A stretch of 54,054 bases of DNA from a bacterium UBP6_UBA1196. Lineage in GTDB: Bacteria > UBP6 > UBA1177. The stretch lies in assembly GCA_002310035.1 (NCBI GenBank), contig DBYC01000053.1, forward strand, positions 1 through 54,054, written 5' to 3'. The position numbers and the translations under genes were made by a program. The notes beneath the pieces were generated by a model, which saw only the letters and a program-made list of their open reading frames with translations, did no database searches and was not told where the DNA came from. Shown here one piece after another: positions 17,442 to 26,577 of the stretch; the first letter of the stretch is position 1; every line of letters starts with the position of its first letter.

Positions 17442-18368
17442 TCAGATGATTTTTAATCCCAGAAGAATCGTATATACCGCATAAAACAAGACCAGGAAAA
17501 TTCCCGAAATTCGGCTGATCTGTTTTCTGATGCCGAAAATGAAAAGGAAAAGCGTGACGATCCCGACAGCCGGCAGGTCCCGCGAGAGGATCTTCGGGTC
17601 AACTGTCATCGGACTTATCGTTCCGGCGATTCCGACAACGCACATTGTGTTGAAAAGGTTCGATCCGACTACGTTTCCGAATGCGACGCCGTGTTCGTTC
17701 TTTCTTGCGGCCGACACTGACGCTGCGAGTTCAGGAAGCGATGTTCCGAGCGCGATTATCGTGAGACCAATGATAAGTTCGCTTACTCCAAGGGCTGTCG
17801 CGATGTCTTTTGCTGCCCAGACAAGAGCTCTGGAGCTGCCGACAAGAAGCGCCAGACCGAAAAGGATCCAGAAAATTGATTTCGGCAGAGAGTCTTTTCT
17901 GTCGGACTCTTCGCTCTGCTCCTCCTTTTTGCCGAGTGAGGAGATCACCATTATCGGAATGAAAAGAACGAGCATTGAAATCGCGTTGATGCGCGAGAGT
18001 TTGCCGTCGAGAATGAGAAAAACGGTCAGGATCAATGTCCCTGCGAGAAAAGGAAGCTCTTTTTTTACGACTGAAAAATCGACTTTTATGGGATTGACGA
18101 TCGCTGCGACCCCGAGGATAAGAAGAACATTCGTGATGTTCGAGCCGTAGGCGTTGCCGAGCGCGATTGAGGGGCTGCCTTCAAACGCAGAAACAGCCGA
18201 GACTAGCATTTCCGGAGCCGAAGTTCCGAAACCGACGATGACCATTCCGATGAGAAACGGTGAAACGCCGAGAATCCGTGCCAGACCGCAGGCGCCGTCA
18301 ACGAATTTGTCCGCGCTCCACGCCAGAGCTAAAAGTGAAACTATGAGGACAATAGCCTGAACCCACAT
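17442..18368 (-). CDS. CaCA-family (YrbG-type) sodium/calcium exchanger membrane protein
   Basis: Polytopic 308-aa protein with duplicated alpha-repeat signatures GFGTSAPEMLVS and ALGTSLPELAAS. Confidence 0.85.
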   Translation of the reverse strand: MWVQAIVLIVSLLALAWSADKFVDGACGLARILGVSPFLIGMVIVGFGTSAPEMLVSAVSAFEGSPSIALGNAYGSNITNVLLILGVAAIVNPIKVDFSVVKKELPFLAGTLILTVFLILDGKLSRINAISMLVLFIPIMVISSLGKKEEQSEESDRKDSLPKSIFWILFGLALLVGSSRALVWAAKDIATALGVSELIIGLTIIALGTSLPELAASVSAARKNEHGVAFGNVVGSNLFNTMCVVGIAGTISPMTVDPKILSRDLPAVGIVTLFLFIFGIRKQISRISGIFLVLFYAVYTILLGLKII

Positions 18369-18530
18369 TTTTTACCCCGCTGAAAAAAGACAAAAAACCC
18401 TGAATTATGATGAAAACCGAGCTTATTTCAAGAAATATCGTTATTTTTGCCGCCGTCGCCTGATTCATCGTTACGGCGAAACGGCGTGACGACGTTACGA
18501 CAAAAAAGTCGGCGGCGGCGTCAAAACCAG

Positions 18531-18560
18531 TGACAAAATGTCAAATTGCCGAATTGACAT
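18531..18560 (+). promoter_or_regulatory. candidate enhancer (bEBP) site: TGACA-N3-TGTCAA-N9-TTGACAT
   Basis: TGACAAAATGTCAAATTGCCGAATTGACAT is 27/30 identical to 25184-25213. In both loci it starts exactly 74 nt upstream of the TGGCAC element. Confidence 0.45.
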
Positions 18561-18604
18561 TTTAAGCCGCTTTGTAACTTGCTGATTTTGTTTGTGAATT
18601 TTTT

Positions 18605-18619
18605 TGGCACTTGAGTTGC
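18605..18619 (+). promoter_or_regulatory. sigma-54 (RpoN) -24/-12 promoter of the gspCDEF unit
   Basis: TGGCAC-TTGAG-TTGC has GG-N10-GC spacing matching the TGGCAC-N5-TTGC consensus. The 18-nt string TGGCACTTGAGTTGCTTA is identical at 25258. Confidence 0.7.
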
Positions 18620-18653
18620 TTAACATTGGAGTTTTTTGTTCGTGAGGTGTGCT

Positions 18654-19631
18654 TTGAAAAGCAGGACTGTTTTGAACATAGCTTTGTTTTTCGCGATAAT
18701 TGCGGCGGTGCTTTCACTCGTCGGGTTTATTCTTTCGTTTGTCGTGAAAGGCGAGCAGGTTTATGTGCCTGTCGGTAAAAATTATTATAAAACTTTGGAA
18801 GACGACGGTTCTGAAGAAAAAAAGGAAAGCTTTTATTTCGGCAGAAATCCGAACAGTATGAGTGCGGCGAACATTTTCGATTCGTCCTCGCGTTTCATCG
18901 CTCTTGCGGAGCAGCAGACAACCGAAACTGTTGAAGAGGCGAAGGTCGTGCCGGAAATGAGCAAGGAAGATATTTTCTATTATCTTGAAAATCCTGACAA
19001 ATGTACGCTTCTGCCTGGTTACGAGCTCACTGGAACGATCGTGGCTAAGGACAATGATTTTTCGTTCGCGATCCTCAAAGGCGGCAAAGGGAGCACAGGC
19101 GGCGCGGTCACGAGAACCGGAGCAGAGGTTCAGGACGGCGTGATACTTGCTTTTGTCTGGAGAAATATAGCGATTTTCAGAACGACAAGCGGTGTGAAAT
19201 GCATCGGCGAAGGTGTCGGCGAGACGAAGCCTTTGCCTGCTCCCGGCGTGAAAACGGCGGAATCTGCACCTGTCGTCCAGCCTGAAGGCGATGACGGTCT
19301 TGATATCAGGAATGTAGGGCCGAACCAGTATGTTCTCAAACGCTCAGAGCTGAACAAAGTCACCGGCAATCTGGGCGCGCTTGCGAGCCAGGCGAGGATC
19401 GTTCCTTCCAACAAGGATAACGGATTCAAGATCTTTTCGATCGCCAGAGACAGTCTTTTTACCAAAATAGGAATACAGAACGGCGATGTCCTTAAGTCGA
19501 TAAACGGCATAGAGCTTTCAAGCCCGGACAAGGCTTTAGAGGCTTATTCGCGTCTCCAGAGCGCGTCGAAACTTTCACTTGACATCGTCAGAAAAGGACA
19601 GAATGAAACATTGGAATATACGATAGAATAG
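18654..19631 (+). CDS. gspC: type II secretion system protein GspC-like (TM anchor plus C-terminal PDZ)
   Basis: The ORF track starts at TTG 18636, which would sit only about 5 nt from the transcript 5' end predicted from the -12 element. An in-frame TTG at 18654 follows GAGG (18644-18647) and gives MKSRTVLNIALFF... PDZ-like GFKIFSIARDSLFTKIGIQNGDVLKSINGIEL. Confidence 0.7.
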   Translation: MKSRTVLNIALFFAIIAAVLSLVGFILSFVVKGEQVYVPVGKNYYKTLEDDGSEEKKESFYFGRNPNSMSAANIFDSSSRFIALAEQQTTETVEEAKVVPEMSKEDIFYYLENPDKCTLLPGYELTGTIVAKDNDFSFAILKGGKGSTGGAVTRTGAEVQDGVILAFVWRNIAIFRTTSGVKCIGEGVGETKPLPAPGVKTAESAPVVQPEGDDGLDIRNVGPNQYVLKRSELNKVTGNLGALASQARIVPSNKDNGFKIFSIARDSLFTKIGIQNGDVLKSINGIELSSPDKALEAYSRLQSASKLSLDIVRKGQNETLEYTIE

Positions 19632-19640
19632 AGGTGCAGG

Positions 19641-22241
19641 ATGTTAAAAAATCGATTCTGGTTAAAAACATTTTGTTTGCTTTTTGCTTTGGTCGTCTTT
19701 GTCTCCGGCTATGTTCAGGCTGAAGACGGGGCGGAAGGGCAGAAAGCTGAAAACATAAAAGTCCCGATAAATATGAACAACAAAGTGAAACTTAATAACA
19801 TCTCTTCTCTCAAAACGCCGAATCCCAAACTGACCAAAAATGCCTTGAGAAAAGAAGAGAAAAAGGACGAAGAAAAAAAGGAAGAAGAGGAGAAGAAGGA
19901 AGAAGGCGGTCAGCCGGAAAATAACGGAGAGGTCAGAACAGTAACGCCTCCGCAGCCGAAAACTATTCTGGACAAGGAACCTCAGCCTAAAACACCTGAG
20001 GACAACAAGCTGCTTGACGCTGTAAAAGTCGAAATAAACGAGCCGAAAGCGGCCAACATGAACCTTAAGATCAGGCTCGATTTCAAAGACGAAGAGTTGA
20101 TGAACGTCGTCAAACTCTTCTCCGATCTGCTGCAGAAAAATTTCATAATTCCCGAAAATCTCGGCAAGGCTAAGATCAACCTTCTTTCCCCGCAGAAAGT
20201 CACTGTCGCGGAAGCTTACAAGACATTTCTGACCCTTCTTGCAGTTAACGATTTCAGTGTTTCCGAAGACGGTTCGTATACGATAATCACTAAGGAAAAG
20301 AACATTCCGGAGATGAAGATCCCTTTTTATAAAGGGACGAACGTTCCTGATTTGTTCAAGATGGTCGCGACAATAATGAAATTCGAATATGTCACGGCCG
20401 GTGATATCGACAAGGTCCTGAAGCTCTTCAGAGACAAAGGGGCAACTTCGGTAGTTTTCGATGATAAGACATTAATTGTGGTCGATTATGCTGCAAATAT
20501 CAGAAAGATCATGACTCTTGTGAAAGAACTTGACCAGCCTTCCGAATCGGACAAGGCGGAGCTCTACTTCATCAAGCTCAATCACGTTCTTGCAGCCGAT
20601 GCCCGCAAAATCATTGAGGATATTTTCAAGGATTTCTCCAAAAAAGGAAATAAGAAAGGTAAAAACAACGAAAACACCCCGTCGCTCGGCGGAGTCGGCA
20701 AGCAGGCCGAGGGAAACAACAACGGCAAATTCCCTCCGCGGCCGCCGTTTCCGCCTGCTTGGGGAAATCAGGAAGACAGTGAAGGATTGAGTGAAACTTA
20801 TATCCACATAGTAGCCGACGAAAGAAGCCAGCAGATAATCGTTCTCTGCAACAAAACGACTTACAATCTGATTCTTCAGGTAGTCCAGAATATTGACCGT
20901 GAAGTAGAGGGAGAAGGTGAGATCCATGTCGTAAAACTTCAGAACGCGAAAGCCGAGGACATGCTCAAGACCTTGAACTCGCTCTCTAAAAACAAAAAAG
21001 CTTCCGGTTCTTCGAAAAGCGGGAACAAAGGAACAGATGTCTTTGAAGGCGATGTCCAGATTTCCGCGAACGAATCGACAAATTCTCTTGTCGTTGTTTC
21101 TTCGCTTCAGGATTTCAGAAACCTCAAAAAAGTTGTTGAAAAACTCGATGTCAAACGGAAACAGGTTTTTGTCGAAGCGGCGATCCTTGAAGTCAGCATC
21201 GACAATAATCTTGAATACGGCAATGCTTACAGTGCGATGGGATATCAGGTCACTGTAGCCGGCGAGAAAGTTCCTATTTTCTTCGGAAAGGCTCTCTCTA
21301 CTCCGACACCGGGACTTGTTGCAGGTATGGTCGGAGCGTCGGTCGACGGAACCGCCGGCATGCCAGGTCTTTCGCTTGTTGACGGTATTCCTTCGATAGG
21401 ACTCATTCTGAACGCGGCGCAGAACGATTCGACTGTCAACGTAGTTTCGACACCGCATCTTCTCACGACGGACAACGAGGAAGCCGAGATCACGGTCGGC
21501 GAGACTGTTCCGTTCCCGTCAGGCAACATTCTGACAAGTACGACAGGAAGCACGATAACCTATACCCGTGAAGACGTCGCGCTGAAACTCAAAATAAAGC
21601 CGCAGATCAACGAATCAGGCTACATGACCCTTGAGATCAACCAGGAGATGACCGAACTCGGCGCTCAGACCGACTACGGTTACAAAACGACGAAAAGACA
21701 GGCAAAAACCAAGATCAACGCCGAAAACGAGCAGACGATCGTCATCGGCGGACTTATGAAAGATACTGTTACGGAAGGCGAGAACAAGATCCCGATCCTT
21801 GGCGACATTCCTGTTATCGGCAATCTTTTCAAGTACAAAAAAGTAAATAAAGCCAAAGTCAACCTTCTTCTTATCCTCACTCCGCATGTCGTTGACAGCA
21901 AAGAGGATTTCGAACGTATTCTCCGCAAGAAAATGGAAGAGCGTGACGAGTTCGCACGCAAATATTACGGCGGCGACGCAACATTTGAAGAGACGGTATA
22001 CCTTGATAAAAGACGCGGTCCGCTCCTTTCGGTCGTCCATGCTGTAACTCAGCAGCAGGCTTTCGAGAAAGAGGAATTGAAAAGAATAGAGGCGGCCAAC
22101 AAGAAAGAAAATTCGATCATGGTCACTCCTGACGGTGAAGAAAAAATCATCGAAAACAACGACGATGCGGCTGAAAAAAGCAAAAAACCTAAGAAAGACG
22201 CTGAAGACGAGCTTGTTCCCGAACTTGACGAAGAGGATTAG
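19641..22241 (+). CDS. gspD: type II secretion system secretin GspD
   Basis: 866 aa with signal peptide and secretin N-domains. Secretin core motifs: TNSLVVVSS, VVSTPHLLTTDNEEAEITVGETVPF, IPILGDIPVIGNLFKYK. Confidence 0.9.
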   Translation: MLKNRFWLKTFCLLFALVVFVSGYVQAEDGAEGQKAENIKVPINMNNKVKLNNISSLKTPNPKLTKNALRKEEKKDEEKKEEEEKKEEGGQPENNGEVRTVTPPQPKTILDKEPQPKTPEDNKLLDAVKVEINEPKAANMNLKIRLDFKDEELMNVVKLFSDLLQKNFIIPENLGKAKINLLSPQKVTVAEAYKTFLTLLAVNDFSVSEDGSYTIITKEKNIPEMKIPFYKGTNVPDLFKMVATIMKFEYVTAGDIDKVLKLFRDKGATSVVFDDKTLIVVDYAANIRKIMTLVKELDQPSESDKAELYFIKLNHVLAADARKIIEDIFKDFSKKGNKKGKNNENTPSLGGVGKQAEGNNNGKFPPRPPFPPAWGNQEDSEGLSETYIHIVADERSQQIIVLCNKTTYNLILQVVQNIDREVEGEGEIHVVKLQNAKAEDMLKTLNSLSKNKKASGSSKSGNKGTDVFEGDVQISANESTNSLVVVSSLQDFRNLKKVVEKLDVKRKQVFVEAAILEVSIDNNLEYGNAYSAMGYQVTVAGEKVPIFFGKALSTPTPGLVAGMVGASVDGTAGMPGLSLVDGIPSIGLILNAAQNDSTVNVVSTPHLLTTDNEEAEITVGETVPFPSGNILTSTTGSTITYTREDVALKLKIKPQINESGYMTLEINQEMTELGAQTDYGYKTTKRQAKTKINAENEQTIVIGGLMKDTVTEGENKIPILGDIPVIGNLFKYKKVNKAKVNLLLILTPHVVDSKEDFERILRKKMEERDEFARKYYGGDATFEETVYLDKRRGPLLSVVHAVTQQQAFEKEELKRIEAANKKENSIMVTPDGEEKIIENNDDAAEKSKKPKKDAEDELVPELDEED

Positions 22242-22243
22242 TC

Positions 22244-23938
22244 ATGGCAGCAAGGCGCAAAATAGGTGAAATCCTTGTCGAAAAAGGCTTTATCGACGAG
22301 GCTCAGCTTTCCGAAGCACTTGCCGCGCAGCAGGCAGACAGAGCGGGAACCGGCAAGATAGGACAGTTCCTTGTTTCCGAGGGGAAAGTCACGCCGGAGC
22401 AGGTTACGGAGGCATTTTCGGAGCAGAGCGGGATAAAAATCGTCTCTGAAGAAGATCTCAAAAAGCTGGATCCGGCTGTTTTAGGCGAATTTCCGATCGC
22501 TCTGGCGAAAAAATTCAAGGCTCTTCCGCTTTATGCAGACAATGATCTGCACATTGTAGTTACCGATCTTGATCCTCTCCTTTTCAACCAGCTTTTCATG
22601 ATTTACCGCAAAAATGTCGTTTCGCTTCTTGTAACTCCCGCAAAAATCAACGACATGATAAATCAGGCATACAGCAGCGTCGACAACAAGGAAGAATCTC
22701 TCAACGCCGAGGAGTTCGGCAAAATGGCTGACGAGGACGACACGATCCCCGACCTTATCGACTCCAACGACGATGCCCCGATCATCAAGTTCGTCAACAA
22801 TACGATCGCGAAAGCGGTCAAGGAAAAGGCCAGCGATATCCACTTTGAATCTTACGAGGACGAAGTTATCGTCCGCTTCAGAAAGGACGGTAAACTTTCT
22901 ATCGTCCAGCGTGTTCCTAAGGCGGCTCAGGCAGGTCTCATCACGAGGATCAAGATCATGAGCCGGCTCAACATTTCGGAAAAAAGGCTTCCGCAGGACG
23001 GCAACATCAAGGTAAAAATAGCCGGAAACGACATCGACTTCCGTGTTTCGACTCTTCCTAGCGTCCACGGCGAATCGATCGTTCTCCGTATTCTTGACAA
23101 ACGCTCGCAGAAACTTTCGCTCGACGAAAGCGGTTTCACCAAGCGTGATCTCGAGACGATGAGAAAGATAATTCACATGAAACACGGGATTTTCCTCGTT
23201 ACAGGTCCTACCGGAAGCGGTAAAACGACGACGCTTTATTCGGCTCTGACCGAAATAAATTCGCCTGATGTCAAAATAATCACGGTCGAAGACCCGGTCG
23301 AGTATCAGATCAAAGGTGTAAACCAGATCCACATCAATTCGAAGATAGGTCTCACTTTCGCGAGCGGTCTCCGTTCGATTCTTCGTCAGGACCCTGACAT
23401 CATCATGGTCGGTGAGATCCGTGATAAGGAGACTGCCGACATCGCGATCAACGCGTCACTTACCGGTCACCTTGTTTTCTCGACTCTCCACACGAATGAC
23501 GCTCCGACGGCGTTTACCCGTCTTATTGATATGGGAATTGAGCCTTTCCTCATTTCTTCTACTGTTGTCGGCGTTCTTGCGCAGCGACTTGTCAGAAAGC
23601 TCTGCCCGGCATGCAAAGAGGCTTACTATCCGCCGGCAGCGATACTTGAGGAACTCGGTCTTGACCCGAAGGAATACGCTAACCACCCGTTCTACAAGGC
23701 TGTCGGATGCCCCGAATGCGGATATTCTGGCTATAAGGGCAGAAGCGGTATTTTCGAACTTCTTATGATCGACGAAGAGCTCAGGCGTGCCGTTGTAGCA
23801 AGACAGGACGCTAGCGATATACGCAAAATTGCCGCTGCAAACGGAATGCTCAATCTCCGCGAAGACGGCGCACTCAAGGCGATAAAAGGTATAACCTCTC
23901 CTGAAGAAGTCCTTCTCAGAACGCAGGAGGATAAATAA
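22244..23938 (+). CDS. gspE: type II secretion ATPase GspE with MshEN-type N-terminal domain
   Basis: Walker A GPTGSGKTTT, Walker B DPDIIMVGEIRD, His box TGHLVFSTLHTNDA, and tetra-Cys CPAC...CPEC. Confidence 0.95.
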   Translation: MAARRKIGEILVEKGFIDEAQLSEALAAQQADRAGTGKIGQFLVSEGKVTPEQVTEAFSEQSGIKIVSEEDLKKLDPAVLGEFPIALAKKFKALPLYADNDLHIVVTDLDPLLFNQLFMIYRKNVVSLLVTPAKINDMINQAYSSVDNKEESLNAEEFGKMADEDDTIPDLIDSNDDAPIIKFVNNTIAKAVKEKASDIHFESYEDEVIVRFRKDGKLSIVQRVPKAAQAGLITRIKIMSRLNISEKRLPQDGNIKVKIAGNDIDFRVSTLPSVHGESIVLRILDKRSQKLSLDESGFTKRDLETMRKIIHMKHGIFLVTGPTGSGKTTTLYSALTEINSPDVKIITVEDPVEYQIKGVNQIHINSKIGLTFASGLRSILRQDPDIIMVGEIRDKETADIAINASLTGHLVFSTLHTNDAPTAFTRLIDMGIEPFLISSTVVGVLAQRLVRKLCPACKEAYYPPAAILEELGLDPKEYANHPFYKAVGCPECGYSGYKGRSGIFELLMIDEELRRAVVARQDASDIRKIAAANGMLNLREDGALKAIKGITSPEEVLLRTQEDK

Positions 23939-25167
23939 TGCCGCTTTTTGCCTACAAAATAGTTGACGCAAACGGCAAAGAGAAGAAAGGAACGATTGAA
24001 AGCCCCAACAGAGCGGCTGTAAAGACGAAATTCCTTTCGGAAGGCTACTACATCACCGAAATCAGCGAAAAGTCGCAGGCGCAGGGTTTCAGCCTTGATT
24101 TTCTGCGGAAAATGTTCTCTTTCGGCGCGAAGAAAGTGCCGCTCGACGAAGTCGCTTCGATGACACGTCTTCTTGCGACGCTCCAGAAGGCGAAGATCCC
24201 GCTTGTAGAAGCGATCGACGCAGTCGCGCAGCAGCAGGAAAATCCTATAATGAAAGATGCCCTTATCATTATCAAGGGCAAGATGAACGAAGGTTACAGC
24301 TTCAGCAAAAGCGCCAGGGAATTTCCTAATATTTTCGATGACTTGTTCTGTAACATGATCGCAGCCGGCGAAGAATCGGGCGCGACAGACAAAGTTCTGA
24401 TGAGACTTGCCGGATTCATGGAGTCTCAGGTCGACCTCAAAAACAAAGTCAAAAGCGCGATGACTTATCCTATTGTCCTTATGATCGTCGCGGTTTTAGT
24501 CGTCGGTGTCCTCTTCACGGTCGTAATCCCGAAACTTTCCAAAATGTTCGAGGATGTAAAGATGTCCCTGCCGCTCCAGACCAAGATCCTGCTATGGCTT
24601 TCGGGCTTTATCGGAAGCTGGTGGTGGCTTATCGCGCTCATGATTTTCGGCGGAGTCGTCGCTTTCAACAAGTATGTCAAGACTCCGAAAGGGGAGATCT
24701 GGTGGAGCAGGGTGAAAATCAACGCTCCGGTCCTTGGCAGAGTCAACCGTCAGGTCGCCATCAGCCGTTTTGCGCAGACACTGTCGACACTTCTCCATTC
24801 AGGTGTTCCGATTCTGAACGCGCTCGATATCGTTAAAAAGATCATCGACAACAAGATCCTTGAAAACGCGGTCGGAGTAGCCCGCGAGAACATCAAGGAA
24901 GGTGAATCGATCGCGGTCCCGCTCAAAAGAAGCGGCGAATTCCCGCCCATCGTGATCCAGATGATAGCAATCGGCGAGCAGAGCGGTGAACTCGAGGAGA
25001 TGCTTGAAACTCTGGCCAATTCATACGAAAAAGAAGTCACATACACGATGGAAAAACTCACTTCGATGCTTGAACCTATGATGATCGTCGCTCTTGCCGG
25101 CGTCATCGGTTTCATAGTTTTCTCGGTCGTCATGCCGATCCTGCAGCTCAACGACGCAGTCGGGTAA
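23938..25167 (+). CDS. gspF: type II secretion platform protein GspF
   Basis: 409 aa. ATG overlaps the gspE stop (TAATG). Duplicated GspF domain with AAGEESGATDKVL and AIGEQSGELEEML; three TM segments. Confidence 0.9.
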   Translation: MPLFAYKIVDANGKEKKGTIESPNRAAVKTKFLSEGYYITEISEKSQAQGFSLDFLRKMFSFGAKKVPLDEVASMTRLLATLQKAKIPLVEAIDAVAQQQENPIMKDALIIIKGKMNEGYSFSKSAREFPNIFDDLFCNMIAAGEESGATDKVLMRLAGFMESQVDLKNKVKSAMTYPIVLMIVAVLVVGVLFTVVIPKLSKMFEDVKMSLPLQTKILLWLSGFIGSWWWLIALMIFGGVVAFNKYVKTPKGEIWWSRVKINAPVLGRVNRQVAISRFAQTLSTLLHSGVPILNALDIVKKIIDNKILENAVGVARENIKEGESIAVPLKRSGEFPPIVIQMIAIGEQSGELEEMLETLANSYEKEVTYTMEKLTSMLEPMMIVALAGVIGFIVFSVVMPILQLNDAVG

Positions 25168-25183
25168 GAAAAACCGCCGCTTT

Positions 25184-25213
25184 TGACAAATTGTCAATTT
25201 GTCGAATTGACAT
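25184..25213 (+). promoter_or_regulatory. candidate enhancer (bEBP) site, second copy
   Basis: TGACAAATTGTCAATTTGTCGAATTGACAT has the same half-site layout as 18531-18560 and lies 74 nt upstream of TGGCAC at 25258. Confidence 0.45.
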
Positions 25214-25257
25214 CATTTTTGCCTTTGTAACTGTTTGAATTTATTGGCTGAATTTTC

Positions 25258-25272
25258 TGGCACTTGAGTTGC
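25258..25272 (+). promoter_or_regulatory. sigma-54 (RpoN) -24/-12 promoter of the gspG-N (plus downstream genes) unit
   Basis: TGGCAC-TTGAG-TTGC, followed by a ~37-nt leader with AAGGAGG (25309-25315) before the gspG ATG. Confidence 0.7.
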
Positions 25273-25319
25273 TTAATTTATAGGTTTTAGTTTTTTTAAA
25301 GGTTTTTAAGGAGGTTTTT

Positions 25320-25751
25320 ATGTTCAGAAATTTTGTTAAGGCTTTGATCAAAGCAAACTCGAAAGAGGCAACAAAAGGCTTTTCGCTTCTCGAAATCATG
25401 GTAACGATCACGATCATGACGATGATCATGGGTGCGGTCGGTGTCGGAGTCATGGGCTACCTCGACAAATCGAAGATAAAGCAGGCTAAGATCGACATCG
25501 GTACGATTTCAAACGCGCTTGACCTTTATAAAACCGAGTTCGGACGCTATCCCGACAGCGACGATGGTCTTTCAAGACTTGTAGAAGAAAAAATTTTGAA
25601 AGAAAAGAAAGTTCCTCAGGATCCGTGGGGAAACGAATATGTTTACATTTATCCAGGAAGTAACAACGAGGACAGTTTTGACCTCTACTCATTCGGACCT
25701 GACGGCAAAGAAGGCGGAAACGACGATATAACCAACTGGGAAGACGATTAA
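25320..25751 (+). CDS. gspG: type II secretion major pseudopilin GspG
   Basis: Prepilin site KG|FSLLEIMV (Glu at +5). GspG-specific QDPWGNEYVY and FGPDGKEGGNDDI. Confidence 0.9.
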   Translation: MFRNFVKALIKANSKEATKGFSLLEIMVTITIMTMIMGAVGVGVMGYLDKSKIKQAKIDIGTISNALDLYKTEFGRYPDSDDGLSRLVEEKILKEKKVPQDPWGNEYVYIYPGSNNEDSFDLYSFGPDGKEGGNDDITNWEDD

Positions 25752-25752
25752 C

Positions 25753-26577
25753 ATGAAAAACTCCGGCTTTTCCATGGTCGAAATGCTGGCCGTAGCGGCG
25801 ATTGCGGTTCTCATCGCAGGTCTTTCTGTCGCCGGTCTGAACCGTTTCGGGCGCTATCAGGCGCAGGCTGACATGGGCGGGTTCAACTCGTTTCTGCGCC
25901 ACAGCTTCATGCAGGCGGTGCGCAACAAAGAGTATATCCGTATTGCAGTCGATCTGGAAAGGGGGAGCTACTGGACTGAGAAAAGCGAAACTCCGTTTTA
26001 TCTTTTTACAGGCGAAGCTGCCGCTGCGAAAGAAGAAGAGAACGAAAAACTGATTGAGAGGATGGAAAGCGGTCAGACGAGCGATCCTTTTGCAGGAAAA
26101 GGATCCGCGCTGGATGCCGGAACTCTTCTTGAAAAGGCCAAACTTCTTTCTTCGAAGGAGGATCTGGAAAATTCTGACTATTACAACTATGAAAATTTTA
26201 TTCCTGACAGGAGGTCTTTGAAAGAGATCCTGAAACCGCAGTTTATGAAAAATTCGTCTGAGAAGAGATTTTCGAAGAACTTGGTAATTACAGGTTTTTT
26301 CGCTTATCATACACCTGAGATCGTCAGAAGAAGCGACTTTCTCGATTCAGACAAAAAAGGGAAAGAACCGAAAGTCTACATCTACATTTTTCCGGAAGGA
26401 CGGATCGAGCCTTTCTATCTTTCTGTCGGCGAGACGACTGATGACGGCGAGGAGAGTTATGCCTACATCACTTCAGATATGTTTCTCAATATCAAAATCG
26501 AATCCGGCGGTTTTGAGGATGTTATCGAGGATATGCGGGATCTGCTGAAAGATCAGGACGCGGAGGGCAAATCGTGA
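25753..26577 (+). CDS. gspH: minor pseudopilin (GspH position; larger than usual)
   Basis: Prepilin N-terminus MKNSG|FSMVEMLAVAAIAVLIAG. Assignment is by gene order only. Confidence 0.55.
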   Translation: MKNSGFSMVEMLAVAAIAVLIAGLSVAGLNRFGRYQAQADMGGFNSFLRHSFMQAVRNKEYIRIAVDLERGSYWTEKSETPFYLFTGEAAAAKEEENEKLIERMESGQTSDPFAGKGSALDAGTLLEKAKLLSSKEDLENSDYYNYENFIPDRRSLKEILKPQFMKNSSEKRFSKNLVITGFFAYHTPEIVRRSDFLDSDKKGKEPKVYIYIFPEGRIEPFYLSVGETTDDGEESYAYITSDMFLNIKIESGGFEDVIEDMRDLLKDQDAEGKS

